This document shows positions 52,395 to 64,000 of a stretch of DNA of 64,000 nt, one piece after another. The stretch's first letter is position 1. Every line of letters starts with the position of its first letter. Source of the stretch: Eledone cirrhosa (lineage: Eukaryota); the NCBI GenBank assembly GCA_964016885.1, contig OZ024757.1:22072001-22136000 (forward strand), written 5' to 3'. The position numbers and the translations under genes were made by a program. Under the pieces are notes generated by a model. That model was not told the origin of the DNA. It ran no database searches and was given only the letters and a program-made list of their open reading frames with translations.

Positions 52395-53060
52395 GTGTTG
52401 GATTGGTTGTATAGGTAGAGCATCAGACACCATGCTTTGTGGCAGAGAGTTACATCTCTTTATGTTCTGAGTTCAAATCCCACTGAAATTAGCTTTGCCA
52501 TTCATCCTTACATGGTTGATAAGTAAAGCACCAGTAATGTACTGGGGTCAATTTAATCGAATTTCTTTTCCATCCCTTTCAAATTGCTGGCCTTGTGCCT
52601 ATAGTAGAAATAATTATTAGCCAAACTCAGGGTGTTGGACTGACAGTATCAGTAGAGTGTTGGACAAAGTGCTTTGTAGCATTTAGTTCTAGCTTTTTAT
52701 GTTCTGAGTTCAAATCCCACTAAGGTCAACTTTGCCTTTCATCCTTACGGGGTCGATAAAATAAAGCACCAGTAATGCACTGGGGTAAATCTAATCGACT
52801 CCCCTCCTCAAATTGTTGGCCTTGTGCCTAAATGAGAAATCGTTATTCTTTAGGGTAGTGGCTTGGCAGAATCTTTAGAGCATCAGATAAAATGATATTT
52901 AGTTACAGCTTTCTATATTCTGAGTTCAAATCTCACTGAGGTCACCTTTATCTTTTCATCTTTCAGAAATTGATAAAATAAAAAAAAAACATTGAAATAT
53001 TGGGGTGAATATAATAGACACCCCACCACACACACCCAAATTGCTGGCCTTGTAACAATG
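52395..53060 (+). mobile_element. Cluster of three head-to-tail SINE family B copies
   Basis: TTCTGAGTTCAAATC at about 52465 and 52702; variant at about 52918. Confidence 0.82.
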
Positions 53061-53110
53061 TTGGAAAGAATTACTGTTATATGTGGGTTTGTAGACATCC
53101 AAAGGCACAG

Positions 53111-53145
<35 letters not shown>

Positions 53146-54681
53146 TACATACATACACACACACGCACGTGTGCCTATGTATGCATGTGTGTGTGCTCAC
53201 TGGATTTTCACAAACATGGAACCGTTTGCCTGCGATATATCAACTCCGTCAGATAATTGTGTTAACATCTGATGATGTCATACCTGTGCCAGTTGCTGTT
53301 GTAATGACTGTATAACAGCTCCACACTGGTGTCACTGAAATACTTTTCTGATGATTTCTTACAAAGGAAACAGTTCTAGTCCTGTAGAAGTCATTTCTGT
53401 AAGATATATTTCTATATTTCTACTGCATTGTACCGGCTTTTTGAAATTTATCCGTCTTTTATTACATATTTCACATTGCTTTGAATTAACTTTACTATAT
53501 TATATATATATATATATAAATGGTGATGATGATGATATATGTGTGTGAGTATATGCTCTAGTGCATACGTATATGTGTATGTGTGTGTACGTTTTAATTG
53601 CTAACATATTTACATACAAAATTAATCGTTAAAAGGCTTGGGAATAAGAAACAACCATTTATAATGAGTGATAATTCTTTGCAAAACTGTGTTGTTCTTA
53701 CAAACAACAACAACAATAACAACATCAGCCACAACAACAACAACAACAACAACAGCAGCCACAACAACAACAACAATAGCCACATACAACAACAACAACA
53801 TAACAAAATTCTACAAGAAAAACAACAAATAGCACAATATCCATTGTCAGCCACACTGATTTAACAATAGACAAAACAAAAACAAAACAAAATAAATAAA
53901 TATTAAAATGAAATCAATAGTAATCAATAAAATCATCTCAACCTTTTGTATTTGATTTTATTTATTTTAATTTTTATTTGTTTATTTTAACATTTTTGCA
54001 TTCAATTTTTCCTGCTTTATCTCTCTAAACATATATATATGTGTGTGTATACATATTATATATATATATATTATATATATATATATATATGTATATATGC
54101 ATATATATATATATATTTGTATATATGCATATATATATATATATTTGTATATATGCATATATATATATTTGTATATATGCATATATATATATATATTTGT
54201 ATATATGCATATATATATATATTATATTATATATATATATTTGTATATATGCATATATATATATATATATATTTGTATATATGCACATATATATATATAT
54301 ATATATATATTTGTATATATTTATATATATATATATTTGTATATATTCATATATATATATATTTGTATATATGCACATTTATATATATATATTTGTATAT
54401 ATGCACATTTATATATATATATTTGTATATATTTATATATATATATATTTGTATATATTCATATATATATATATTTGTATATATGCACATTTATATATAT
54501 ATATTTGTATATATTTATATATATATATATTTGTATATATTCATATATATATATATTTGTATATATGCACATTTATATATATATATTTGTATATATTTAT
54601 ATATATATATATTTGTATATATTCATATATATATATATATTTGTATATATGCACATTTATATATATATATTTGTATATATG

Positions 54682-54726
<45 letters not shown>

Positions 54727-54894
54727 TTACATACAAACATATTTATACATTCATAAATATACATATGCACACATGCATGTAGTTAATATGTGTGGCCTAG
54801 TGGTTAGGGCACCCAGCTTATGATTGTAAGGTTGTGAGTTGTGGCAAATAACCATCACCACCATCACTACCACCATCATCATTATCATCATCAT

Positions 54895-55285
54895 GGCAGC
54901 AGAGCATCAGATAACATGCTTTGTGGTATATTGATATGGCCCTTTACATTCTGAGTTCAAATCCTGCTGAGGTTAGCTTTGTCTGTTATCATAACATGGT
55001 TGATAAAAGAAAGTACCGGTAATGGATTAGGGTTGATATAATCGACTTTCCCCTTCCCCCAAATTTGCTGGTCATGTGCCAAAATCAGAAACCATTGTGG
55101 ATTGGCAGTATCGGTAGAGGGTCGGACGCCATGCTTTGATGCATAGAGTTACGGCCCTTTCCATTCTGAGTTCAAATCCCGCCAAGGTTAACTTTGCCTT
55201 TCATCCTTACGGGGTCGATAAAATAAAGTACCAGTAATGTACTGGGTAATTTGCTGGCCTTGTGCCAAAAGTAGAAACAATTATT
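54895..55285 (+). mobile_element. Two head-to-tail SINE family B copies
   Basis: B boxes at about 54953 and 55168. Confidence 0.84.
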
Positions 55286-55740
55286 ATCAATATTATTGCT
55301 AGAATCATAATTATTTTCATTTTATTTCTTTCCTGTTATTCAATGTTATAGGGAGCTACTAAACCACTGAAAGAAATTTTTTTTTTTTTTTTTTTTGAAT
55401 TAAGAAAAGCTTAACAAAAGAAACACAAATAATTTTTAAAAAAATTAAAAATAACGAATGCAATATTTTCATAAATCTATTATAATAACAACTGCCTATT
55501 TCCAATTAGTTTTAAGCAATTAGATTTCTGCTTGGAGCTGCAACCTTTTCTCATTATATTGGGAATAATAAAAACCATAGCAAATGCTGACCTCCCATTT
55601 CTTCGATAAAATTAAGTTTAGTATTGAATTGATTTGATTGCAAGAATTTTCTCATAAAATCAAAGATTTACCTCTCTCAATTTTCATACAAACAGATGTT
55701 TTAATTCTGTCCTGAAATTTGTGTGTGTGTGTATGTATGT

Positions 55741-56052
55741 ATCATCATCATCATTTCATTTTATGCCCGGTGGGACGGGAACTGATTCTGGCTTGATTTC
55801 TACAGTTGGATGCCCTTCCTAACACCAACCTCATTTACAGTGAGTGCTGGGTGCTTTTTTGCCGTGGCACCTCCACGACCACTTTGCAGTGGAATGATAG
55901 TCCCTATCATCTCATTTCTACAGCTGAGTAAACTGGAGCAATGTGAAATAAAGTGTCTTGCTCAAGGAAACAACACATCACCCGGTCTGAGAATTGAACT
56001 CACAACCTTTCGATTGCAAGGCCAATGCTCTAACCACTAAGCCATGTGCCTC
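55741..56052 (-). mobile_element. SINE family A
   Basis: Reverse complement full-length match. Confidence 0.87.
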
Positions 56053-56299
56053 TATATATATATATATATATATTGGTATAATTATGATAATGTTGCTAAG
56101 GAGTATACTTTGCAACCACATGGTTTGAGGTTCAGTCCCATGTTAAGGTGGTTGGTATTAGGGAGTGCATCCATTCATAGGAACCGTGCTAAATAGGAAA
56201 CATATGGAACATCAAGATTGGACACTCCAGCCTGTCAAGTCGTAAACCATGACAACCTATCTGACCCATGTCCGTGTGGGAAGAGGCCATAAAATGAAG

Positions 56300-56935
56300 C
56301 ATCCACGGAAGTGGTCCATAGCTTTTGATATCTTGTTGACTCAATTAGCACCAGAGGAAGGTGGTCTGAGAGAATGATAGCCAGAATAAGGAGAGGATGG
56401 AAGAAGTTCAGAAAACTACTCCCACTGTTAATAGCAAAAGGTTTTTTTTTTTTCCTATGTACAAAAGAACCACTGTATGATGCTTGTTTGCAAAATGCGG
56501 TGCTTCATGGGAGTGAAATATGGGCTGTGCCTGCAGACGACGTGTGGAGCGGTGAGAAATGAAGCAACAATGCTTCATTGGATGTGAAATGTAAATGTGA
56601 GAGAAAGGTAAAGCATGGACGCACTGAGGGAGAAATTAAATTAGGTTTAAGAGGAATCTGATGTGGGGGTACAGAAGAGAAGACTGTGTTGGTACAGACA
56701 TGTGATATGCATGGATGAGTGAAGAAGTGCCAGGAAATTCCAGGGGGGGGTGAACAGCAGTAGTGGTAGACCAAGAAAGACCTAGTAGAGGTGGTGAGAG
56801 CTGATCTCAAATCACTGAGACTCACAGAGGAGATGACAAAGGAATGCAGTGAATGGAGAGATGCTATACTGAAGAGGGCCCATCCAACCCATGCAAGCTT
56901 GGAAAAATGGAAAAATCTATGATGATGATGATGAT
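56300..56935 (+). mobile_element. Decayed RTE LINE 3' portion; tail shared with SINE family A
   Basis: IARIRRGWKKFRKLLPLL..LYDAC..VLHGSEIW; tail ACCCATGCAAGCTTGGAAAA...GATGATGATG. Confidence 0.85.
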
Positions 56936-57328
56936 GGTGGTATCTGTTGAATATACTATCACAGATTTTACCTCCTGAGGAGGGCTCCAGTCAGTCAGAC
57001 AACTGAATATTAATATAAACAGTCCTCCATACCAGTATCTTTACAATAAATCTGCTTAAATATTATTTACAGACAATATTTTCAAAATCGCTTCTCTGAT
57101 TTCAGAAGACATGCAACAGATAGATTGACCATTTATTTATTCAAGCGTGAAGGGGAATTTTATCTCTATAGTTATACAGTTTTCCACTTCATTGAAGTTA
57201 GCTGAACGACCAGCCAATGTGATGGTACTAACACAAGACATGATAGAAGAGACAGGTTTCCTTTATATATTGCTAGAATTAACTTTTTAAATATTATGGG
57301 AGTGTTTTATGTTAAATTGTCAATTGCC

Positions 57329-57390
<62 letters not shown>

Positions 57391-57392
<2 letters not shown>

Positions 57393-57642
57393 GGAAAATG
57401 TTAGACCCCGACGGCAGAGCTCAAGCCATTTCGACGGCTATTTCTTGATGCAATATTTTCATAAATCTATTGTAATAACAACTGCCTATTTCCAATTACT
57501 TTTAAGAGTCCAGAAATAGCCGTCGAAATGGCTTGAGCTCTGCCGTCGGGGTCTAACATTTTCCTATTACCCACTCTACTACCCTAAGTATTGAGTACTC
57601 TGGTGCGTTATCGTCCATCTGGTTCCTTACCACATCTCTTTC

Positions 57643-57647
<5 letters not shown>
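57391..57647 (+). mobile_element. Fold-back mini-element family C with captured local DNA in the loop
   Basis: 57391-57445 pairs with 57512-57566; loop 57448-57506 copies 55458-55516. Confidence 0.82.
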
Positions 57648-57705
<58 letters not shown>

Positions 57706-57736
57706 AAAATATTTTATGTAGGCCTAGGCCTATAGA

Positions 57737-57901
57737 TACATGAGGGTTGACTGAAAAGTTCATAGGCTGACTATGAAGGATTGATGCTAGAACTGTGAAA
57801 TCTTGCATGCATTAATTTCAATTCTTCTTAATAAAATCTGCATTGTATTTTTTCCAGGGATTATGTTGAAAAATAAACCTCATTCGGTCATTCCATGAGA
57901 G
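57737..57901. mobile_element. Left part of mariner-type MITE (family of 5422-5802)
   Basis: CTGAAAAGTTCATAGGCTGACTATGA...TTGCATGCATTAATTTCAA. Confidence 0.75.
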
Positions 57902-58330
57902 TTGATCAATGGAGGGTTGAACAGGTCTTCCTCTTCTACATTGTGACTGCGGTTGAACATTCCTGACAAAGTCACTCCACAATTCCAGATTTTCCATTGC
58001 TCCTGGCAACTGAGATTTGTATTGTCTGAGAGTTGATCTATGTAGGTTTGAGCAGGTCTTCCTTTACTGTATCCATCGTGAGATGATTCCCACAATAGTA
58101 ACTTGTGTATAACTTCCTGCTTACTTATCCAGCAATGTGCTGCAAAATCATAAGTTGTTATCTTCGGCAAGAGTCCGTGTAAAATTTCATTTGTTATACA
58201 TTGAAGCTAATTTATGTTTTGTACATCACTAAGCATTTTAGTGTATGCACAATCTAGTTTCTTCTGAAGTGCTTGTGTCAGGAGCCATGTACCTGATCCA
58301 TACAACACTGACTCAATTGCTTGTGTCAGG
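57902..58330 (-). mobile_element. RTE-X-like LINE 3' portion
   Basis: LQKKLDCAYTKML; FAAHCW..KLLLWE..GRPAQTYIDQL. Confidence 0.82.
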
Positions 58331-59670
58331 GTCCATGTACCTGATCCACACAACAACACTGACTCAAGTGCTATACAACACTGGCTCAAGTGCTTGTGTC
58401 AGGTTAATGTACCTGATCTATACAATACTGACTCAATTGCTTGTGTCAGAGTTCATGTACCTGATCCACAAAACAACACTGGCTCAAGTGCTTGTGTCAG
58501 AGTTCATGTACCTGATCCACAAAACAACACTGGCTCAAGTGCTTGTGTCAGAGTTCATGTACCTGATCTATACAACAACACTGGCTCAAGTGCTTGTGTC
58601 AGGGTCCATGTACCTCATCCACACAACAACACTGAGTCAAGTGCTATACAACACTGGCTCAAGTGCTTGTATCAGGGTTCATGTACCTGATCTATACAAT
58701 ACTGACTCAATTGCTTGTGTCAGAGTTCATGTACCTGATCCACAACACAACACTGGCTCAAGTGCTTGTGTCAGAGTTCATGTACCTGATCTATACAACA
58801 ACACTGGCTCAAGTGCTTGTGTCAGGGTCCATGTACCTCATCCACACAACAACACTGACTCAAGTGCTACACAACACTGGCTCAAGTGCTTGTATCAGGG
58901 TTCATGTACCTGATCTATACAATACTGACTCAATTGCTTGTGTCAGAGTTCATGTACCTGATCCACAACACAACACTGGCTCAAGTGCTTGTGTCAGAGT
59001 TCATGTACCTGATCTATACAACAACACTGGCTCAAGTGCTTGTGTCAGGGTCCATGTACCTCATCCACACAACAACACTGACTCAAGTGCTATACGACAC
59101 TGGCTCAAGTGCTTGTGTCAGGGTTCATGTACCTGATCTATACAATACTGACTCAATTGCTTGTGTCAGAGTTCATGTACCTGATCCACAACACAACACT
59201 GGCTCAAGTGCTTGTGTCAGGGTTCATGTACCTGATCTATACAATACTGACTCAATTGCTGGTGTCAGAGTTCATGTACCTGATCCACAACACAACACTG
59301 GCTCAAGTGCTTGTGTCAGAGTTCATGTACCTGATCTATACAACAACACTGGCTCAAGTGCTTGTGTTAGGGTCCATGTACCTCATCCACACAACAACAC
59401 TGACTCAAGTGCTATACAGCACTGACTCAAGTGCTACACAACACTGGCTCAAGTGCTTGTGTCAGAGTTCATGTACCTGATCTATACAACAACATTGGCT
59501 CAAGTGCTTGTGTCAGGATCCATGTACCTGATCCACACAACAACACTGGCTCAGGTGCTATACAGCACTGGCTCAAGTGCTTGTGTCAGAGTTCATGTAC
59601 CTGATCTATACAACACTGGCTCAAGTGCTTGTGTCAGGATCTATGTACCTGATCCACACAACACTGACAC
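58268..59670. repeat. LINE-derived satellite: 40-45-bp monomers with 223-bp higher-order repeat
   Basis: Monomer encodes ESVL(L)(Y/C)GSGTWTLTQA on the minus strand; near-identical ORF starts at 58663, 58886, 59109. Confidence 0.9.
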
Positions 59671-60161
59671 AACAGATGCCACCGTCTACTAATTTCCTAG
59701 GTGGGCAAATTTCTGATACTCAAACATGAAGGTGTAATATGTATATAATCTTTAAACAATATATGTTATATGATATGAAATGATAGCACGTGTTGGGGAT
59801 ATTGCATGGCAGGGTGTTTCAATATGATATGAGTTATATTTGAATAAAATATATGATATGAGTTATAACATTTTTTCTTCATAAGCAAACTGTACTAATA
59901 GCTTTCTAAGAACTTGAGAACAATACACAAGCCTTTGATGTTCTCTGCCCACAATAAACATTCACATCACAGGTGAAATGATACAAAATATGCTGATGGA
60001 GAGGAATACAAAGAAATGTTTATGCAAACCAAATAAACTGGAATATAGGAATATAAGAAAAAAAGACAAAAATGTTATATAAACTTATTTATGCAGCATA
60101 TTTTATATTTTATACTCGATTTCTTATACCCAGGTATGTATTTTAGATTATTTATTTTTTG

Positions 60162-60208
<47 letters not shown>

Positions 60209-61543
60209 GAGAGAAAAGCTGTATTTCCTTGTGATAAGTTATAGTGATGATAATTGTGGTGGTGATGGCGTAGTGTTATAACATTATATATCGCTGTAGA
60301 GATAATAATATATAGAAATATAGACGTTCACACAATGGGATTATTTTTTTTATAAACCGAATTTATTTGGACAAGCATGGCATAAATATTTTATCTGGAT
60401 TCTTGAAATAATGAATGTATTTATGAAAATGAGCCTTGAATTTATTCTCAGCTCAGCCATTATAAGAGTTAACAATTCTATTACTGTTTAGTTGTACCAT
60501 CGTAAAATATGTGAAGGTGGATGGCCAAGTGGCAAGGGTGTTGGATTTATGATCATAATGTCGTGGGTTCAATTCCTGGACTGGGTTGTGTTCTTGAGCT
60601 AAATTTTAATTTCTTGTTGCTCCAGTACACTCAGCTGAAAATGAGTACCAGCAATAACTATGTAATTAACCCTGAAATGGACTGGTGTCCTGTCCAGGGG
60701 GAATCTTGTACTCTCAGTCACTAAACACTATAGAAAACAGGATAAGCAATGGGTTCAATATATGCCTTAGATAATAAAATATTTGGATCAATACAATTAC
60801 AAATCAAAGAAGAGACTGCATTATTGACATTTCAAATATTTTCCTTTGTTGAAAAGATTAATTGATCTTGCAAATATCTTATGAAATCCATAAATACGTC
60901 AACAATTAGAAAGAAGTTAAATTCAGGAAAGTTTTTTTACTATATTTTTCCTTACGTATGAAATAAATTTTGGATTGTAACAAAATATGTTTGATTGATT
61001 TCTATATTAGAACATTCAAGTGGATTTTATATTGTATTTTACCTGAAAACTCACTTTGTACAAATGTAATAATAATTGGTGGAAAAACATGTCTCAAAAA
61101 TACACACACACATGTTTATATTTCTATATAAAGTTGTTATAAAGAATGAGGTGCTCATGTGTAGAGATAATACAAATTAGCTACTTTATAACATCTCCAT
61201 ACAAGAGCACTTCATTCTATATATTAACTTTATATCTTCAGTTCTTTGCAAGATTCTAAGAGATCAGCTACTTACAAACAACATATATATATAAATATAT
61301 GTATAAATATACATATCATCCTCATCGTCATTGTATAACAGCCATTTTTCTATGCTAGCATGGGTTAGACAAGTTGTCTTGTTATGAGACAAGCCAGATC
61401 AGATGAGCATGTCTTGCTCAAACAGAGTTGATTTTAGCTTAGTTTCTACAGTTGAAGGCCCTTCCTAATGCCAACCATATTTACAGTGTGGGCTGGGTAC
61501 TTTTTGTCATGACACATGACCACTTTACAGTTTCAACTGGGCA

Positions 61544-61585
<42 letters not shown>

Positions 61586-61594
<9 letters not shown>

Positions 61595-62075
61595 ACAGGA
61601 GGCTGGACTGGTGTGATTCCTTAAAGGTTTATTATACTATGAACATTTCAATGACCGGGCTCAGTATGAATTCGGTGACATCATCAGGTATTAAAAATTT
61701 AACAAAGGAACTTGAGGGCGGCCAACCAGACTGGAAGCTGCTAAATATTTGGCCGCCTTCTCGTCTCTCTGCCTTTTCAGCCCCATGGATTGTGTCTATG
61801 ATATTCCTTTGTTAAATTTCGAATACCTGATGATATCACCGGATTCATACTGAACCTGGTCATTGAAATGTTCATAGTATAATAAACCTTTAAGGAATTA
61901 CACCAGTCCAGCCTCCTGTTATTTTATAATAATTAACTCCGTACTCGCACCACCAACTACACAAACGAAGACGGGTGAGTTGCATTACGCCGAGTGCTCT
62001 CTCTAATATTACATCAAGGTTGACTATATCGAATGACCAGTTCTATCCAGTGGTGAACCAACAAACCTAAATAAA
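61586..62075 (+). mobile_element. Penelope-like fold-back element: 125-bp arms each containing a hammerhead
   Basis: 61586-61710 pairs with 61804-61928; tail AACTCC..GAGTGCT; (TA)n flanks. Confidence 0.82.
61823..61880 (+). ncRNA. Minimal type I hammerhead (mirror copy on minus strand at 61634-61691)
   Basis: ATAC-CTGATGA-..ACCGG.TTCA-TAC-TGAA.CTGGT..-GAAA-T-GTTC-ATA^GTAT; base of stem II imperfect. Confidence 0.65.
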
Positions 62076-63113
62076 TATATATATATATATATATCAGCAG
62101 TACCATTCAATGTCTATTTTAATATGGTCAAATTCCATGTTGTTCTGATGCGCTGAGGTGGACAGAGTTATAGTACAGACTCACTAAAAACTTGCTGTGG
62201 TGCAGGAGTTTCCTTCCCTACAGCAGTGGGTGGCCTCAAGTAGCTCTAGTGTCATGGTGGAAGGGATCAAAACACCTACAGAGGTCCTTCACTACATGAT
62301 GATTGTATTGGAGTATAGCAGCACCTTCAACAAAGATGTGTGTTTATCAAATATATATATAGGACCCTCCAGTTGTGTGAGAGACGTGACAACCTCTCTT
62401 GTGCTGGTGCCATCATATAATACACTCAGTGGGACATGGAAACATATGTAGTGAGAAGAAAAGCTCCCACCTGTCTTGGAGATCAGTGGTTCTACTTTAG
62501 TACAGACTCTGTCTGTGAAGTCCCACCCAACCATTGCTATATACATACACGCATACATATATACACACGCACACGCATATACATACATATATACACATAT
62601 GCACACACACATACTCACACTTACACACACATACATAGGTGCATTTATTGGGTTCACAGTTTTCATAGAACACGATATGCATATATACTCATGCACATGC
62701 CCACACATACACATGTGCACACACACACACACATACACACGTGCAACCACACAGACCCATACACACACAAACTCATGCACATACATACTGACATGCGACC
62801 ATACATGCACACACACACACATATATATGTAGGTGGCATTCATGTTTTGGTCAAGCATAAAATATATTTTATTACATTAATAACAGGTGGGAGGTTTTTC
62901 CTGCTATCAATGCCAACATGGCTATTACTACTACTACTACTACTACCACTGCTACTACTATCACCATCACTACTATCATCACCAGCACCGTCATCATCCC
63001 CCCCCCCCCAGTAACATTACCACCACCATCATCACTATCATCACCACTGAAGTGTTTTATATCCTATCTTCTCCGCACACCATGGTAAATGATAGAGTTT
63101 CTCTCTCTCTCTC

Positions 63114-63169
<56 letters not shown>

Positions 63170-63170
<1 letters not shown>

Positions 63171-63492
63171 TCATCATCTTCATTTCATTTTACGTCCGCT
63201 TTTCCCTGCTTGCAAGGGTGGGACAGGAACTGATTCTGGCTTGATTTCTACAGCCGGATGCCCTTCCTAACACCAACCTCATTTACAGTGAGTGCTGAGT
63301 GCTTTTTTGCCGTGGCACCTCCATAACCACTTTAGAGTGGAATGTTATGGACCCCAGTCCTTATCATCTCATTTCTACAGCTGAGTAAACTGGAGCAATG
63401 TGAAATAAAGTGTCTTGCTCAAGGAAACAACACATCACCCGGTCTGAAAATTGAACTCACAACCTTTTGATTGCAAGGCCAATGCTCTAACC
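63170..63492 (-). mobile_element. SINE family A
   Basis: Reverse complement match. Confidence 0.86.
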
Positions 63493-63829
63493 TATATATA
63501 TATATATATATATAAATATATATATATATAGAGAGAGAGAGATGTATATATATATATATTTATTTACTTACATCTCACCCTTTTTGGAATTCTTTCCTTT
63601 ATAAGTAATTTTTCATTCTTTTGTTTATCACGCTCCACACAAACCTTTTGTTTTTTTCTTTTATTTAATCATATCTCTAACACTGAAATATTTCACTTAG
63701 CTATTTATTATTTTCTTACCTCTCTCACTCTCTCTTCATATATATATATATATATTAGAAAGTGAGGTTTTTTTTACAAAATGAAAAATAACCGAGGTGT
63801 CCTACACGAGTGCAAGTATAGAGAAAAGA

Positions 63830-63916
63830 AGATGAAATAAAAAATGCAGCTGGAGTCTTATTTTAAAAAAAATATATATATTTTTTTTAAAATAAGATCC
63901 AGTTGCATTTTTTATT

Positions 63917-63922
<6 letters not shown>
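63830..63922. repeat. Near-perfect ~93-bp palindrome centred on a short (TA) run
   Basis: AGATGAAATAAAAAATGCAGCTGGA.TCTTATTTTAAAAAAAA / TTTTTTTTAAAATAAGATCCAGTTGCATTTTTTATTTCATCT. Confidence 0.88.

Positions 63923-64000
<78 letters not shown>

Noticed and set aside
61034-61052. Second minus-strand AG|GT juxtaposition (TTTTCAG|GTAAAA)
   Set aside because: Short pyrimidine tract and weak donor; expected by chance

Overview
Eukaryotic, repeat-saturated, largely non-coding DNA. The SINE/LINE/MITE repertoire and extreme (TA)n/(CA)n/(CCA)n load look like a cephalopod (octopus-like) genome, probably a long intron or intergenic region; this is an inference. Almost all long ORFs in the track are simple-repeat artefacts. 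The only recognisable proteins are decayed retrotransposon fragments (RTE-type, CR1-type, L1/Tx1-like). The window also holds two abundant tRNA-derived SINE families, mariner-, hAT- and piggyBac-type MITEs, and many minisatellites, at least three built from pieces of RTE LINEs. The strongest signal is a dense set of small elements embedded in (TA)n tracts that carry type I hammerhead ribozyme folds (about 9 with both core boxes, plus decayed or half copies) and/or fold-back inverted repeats whose apex often coincides with a ribozyme helix. These are probably non-autonomous Penelope-like or retrozyme-like elements. A minus-strand recursive-splice-site-like motif (polypyrimidine-CAG|GTAAGT, 56 nt, second GTAAGT) lies at 43374-43432. 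No host gene could be identified with confidence. Coordinates were read by eye and may be off by a few bases.
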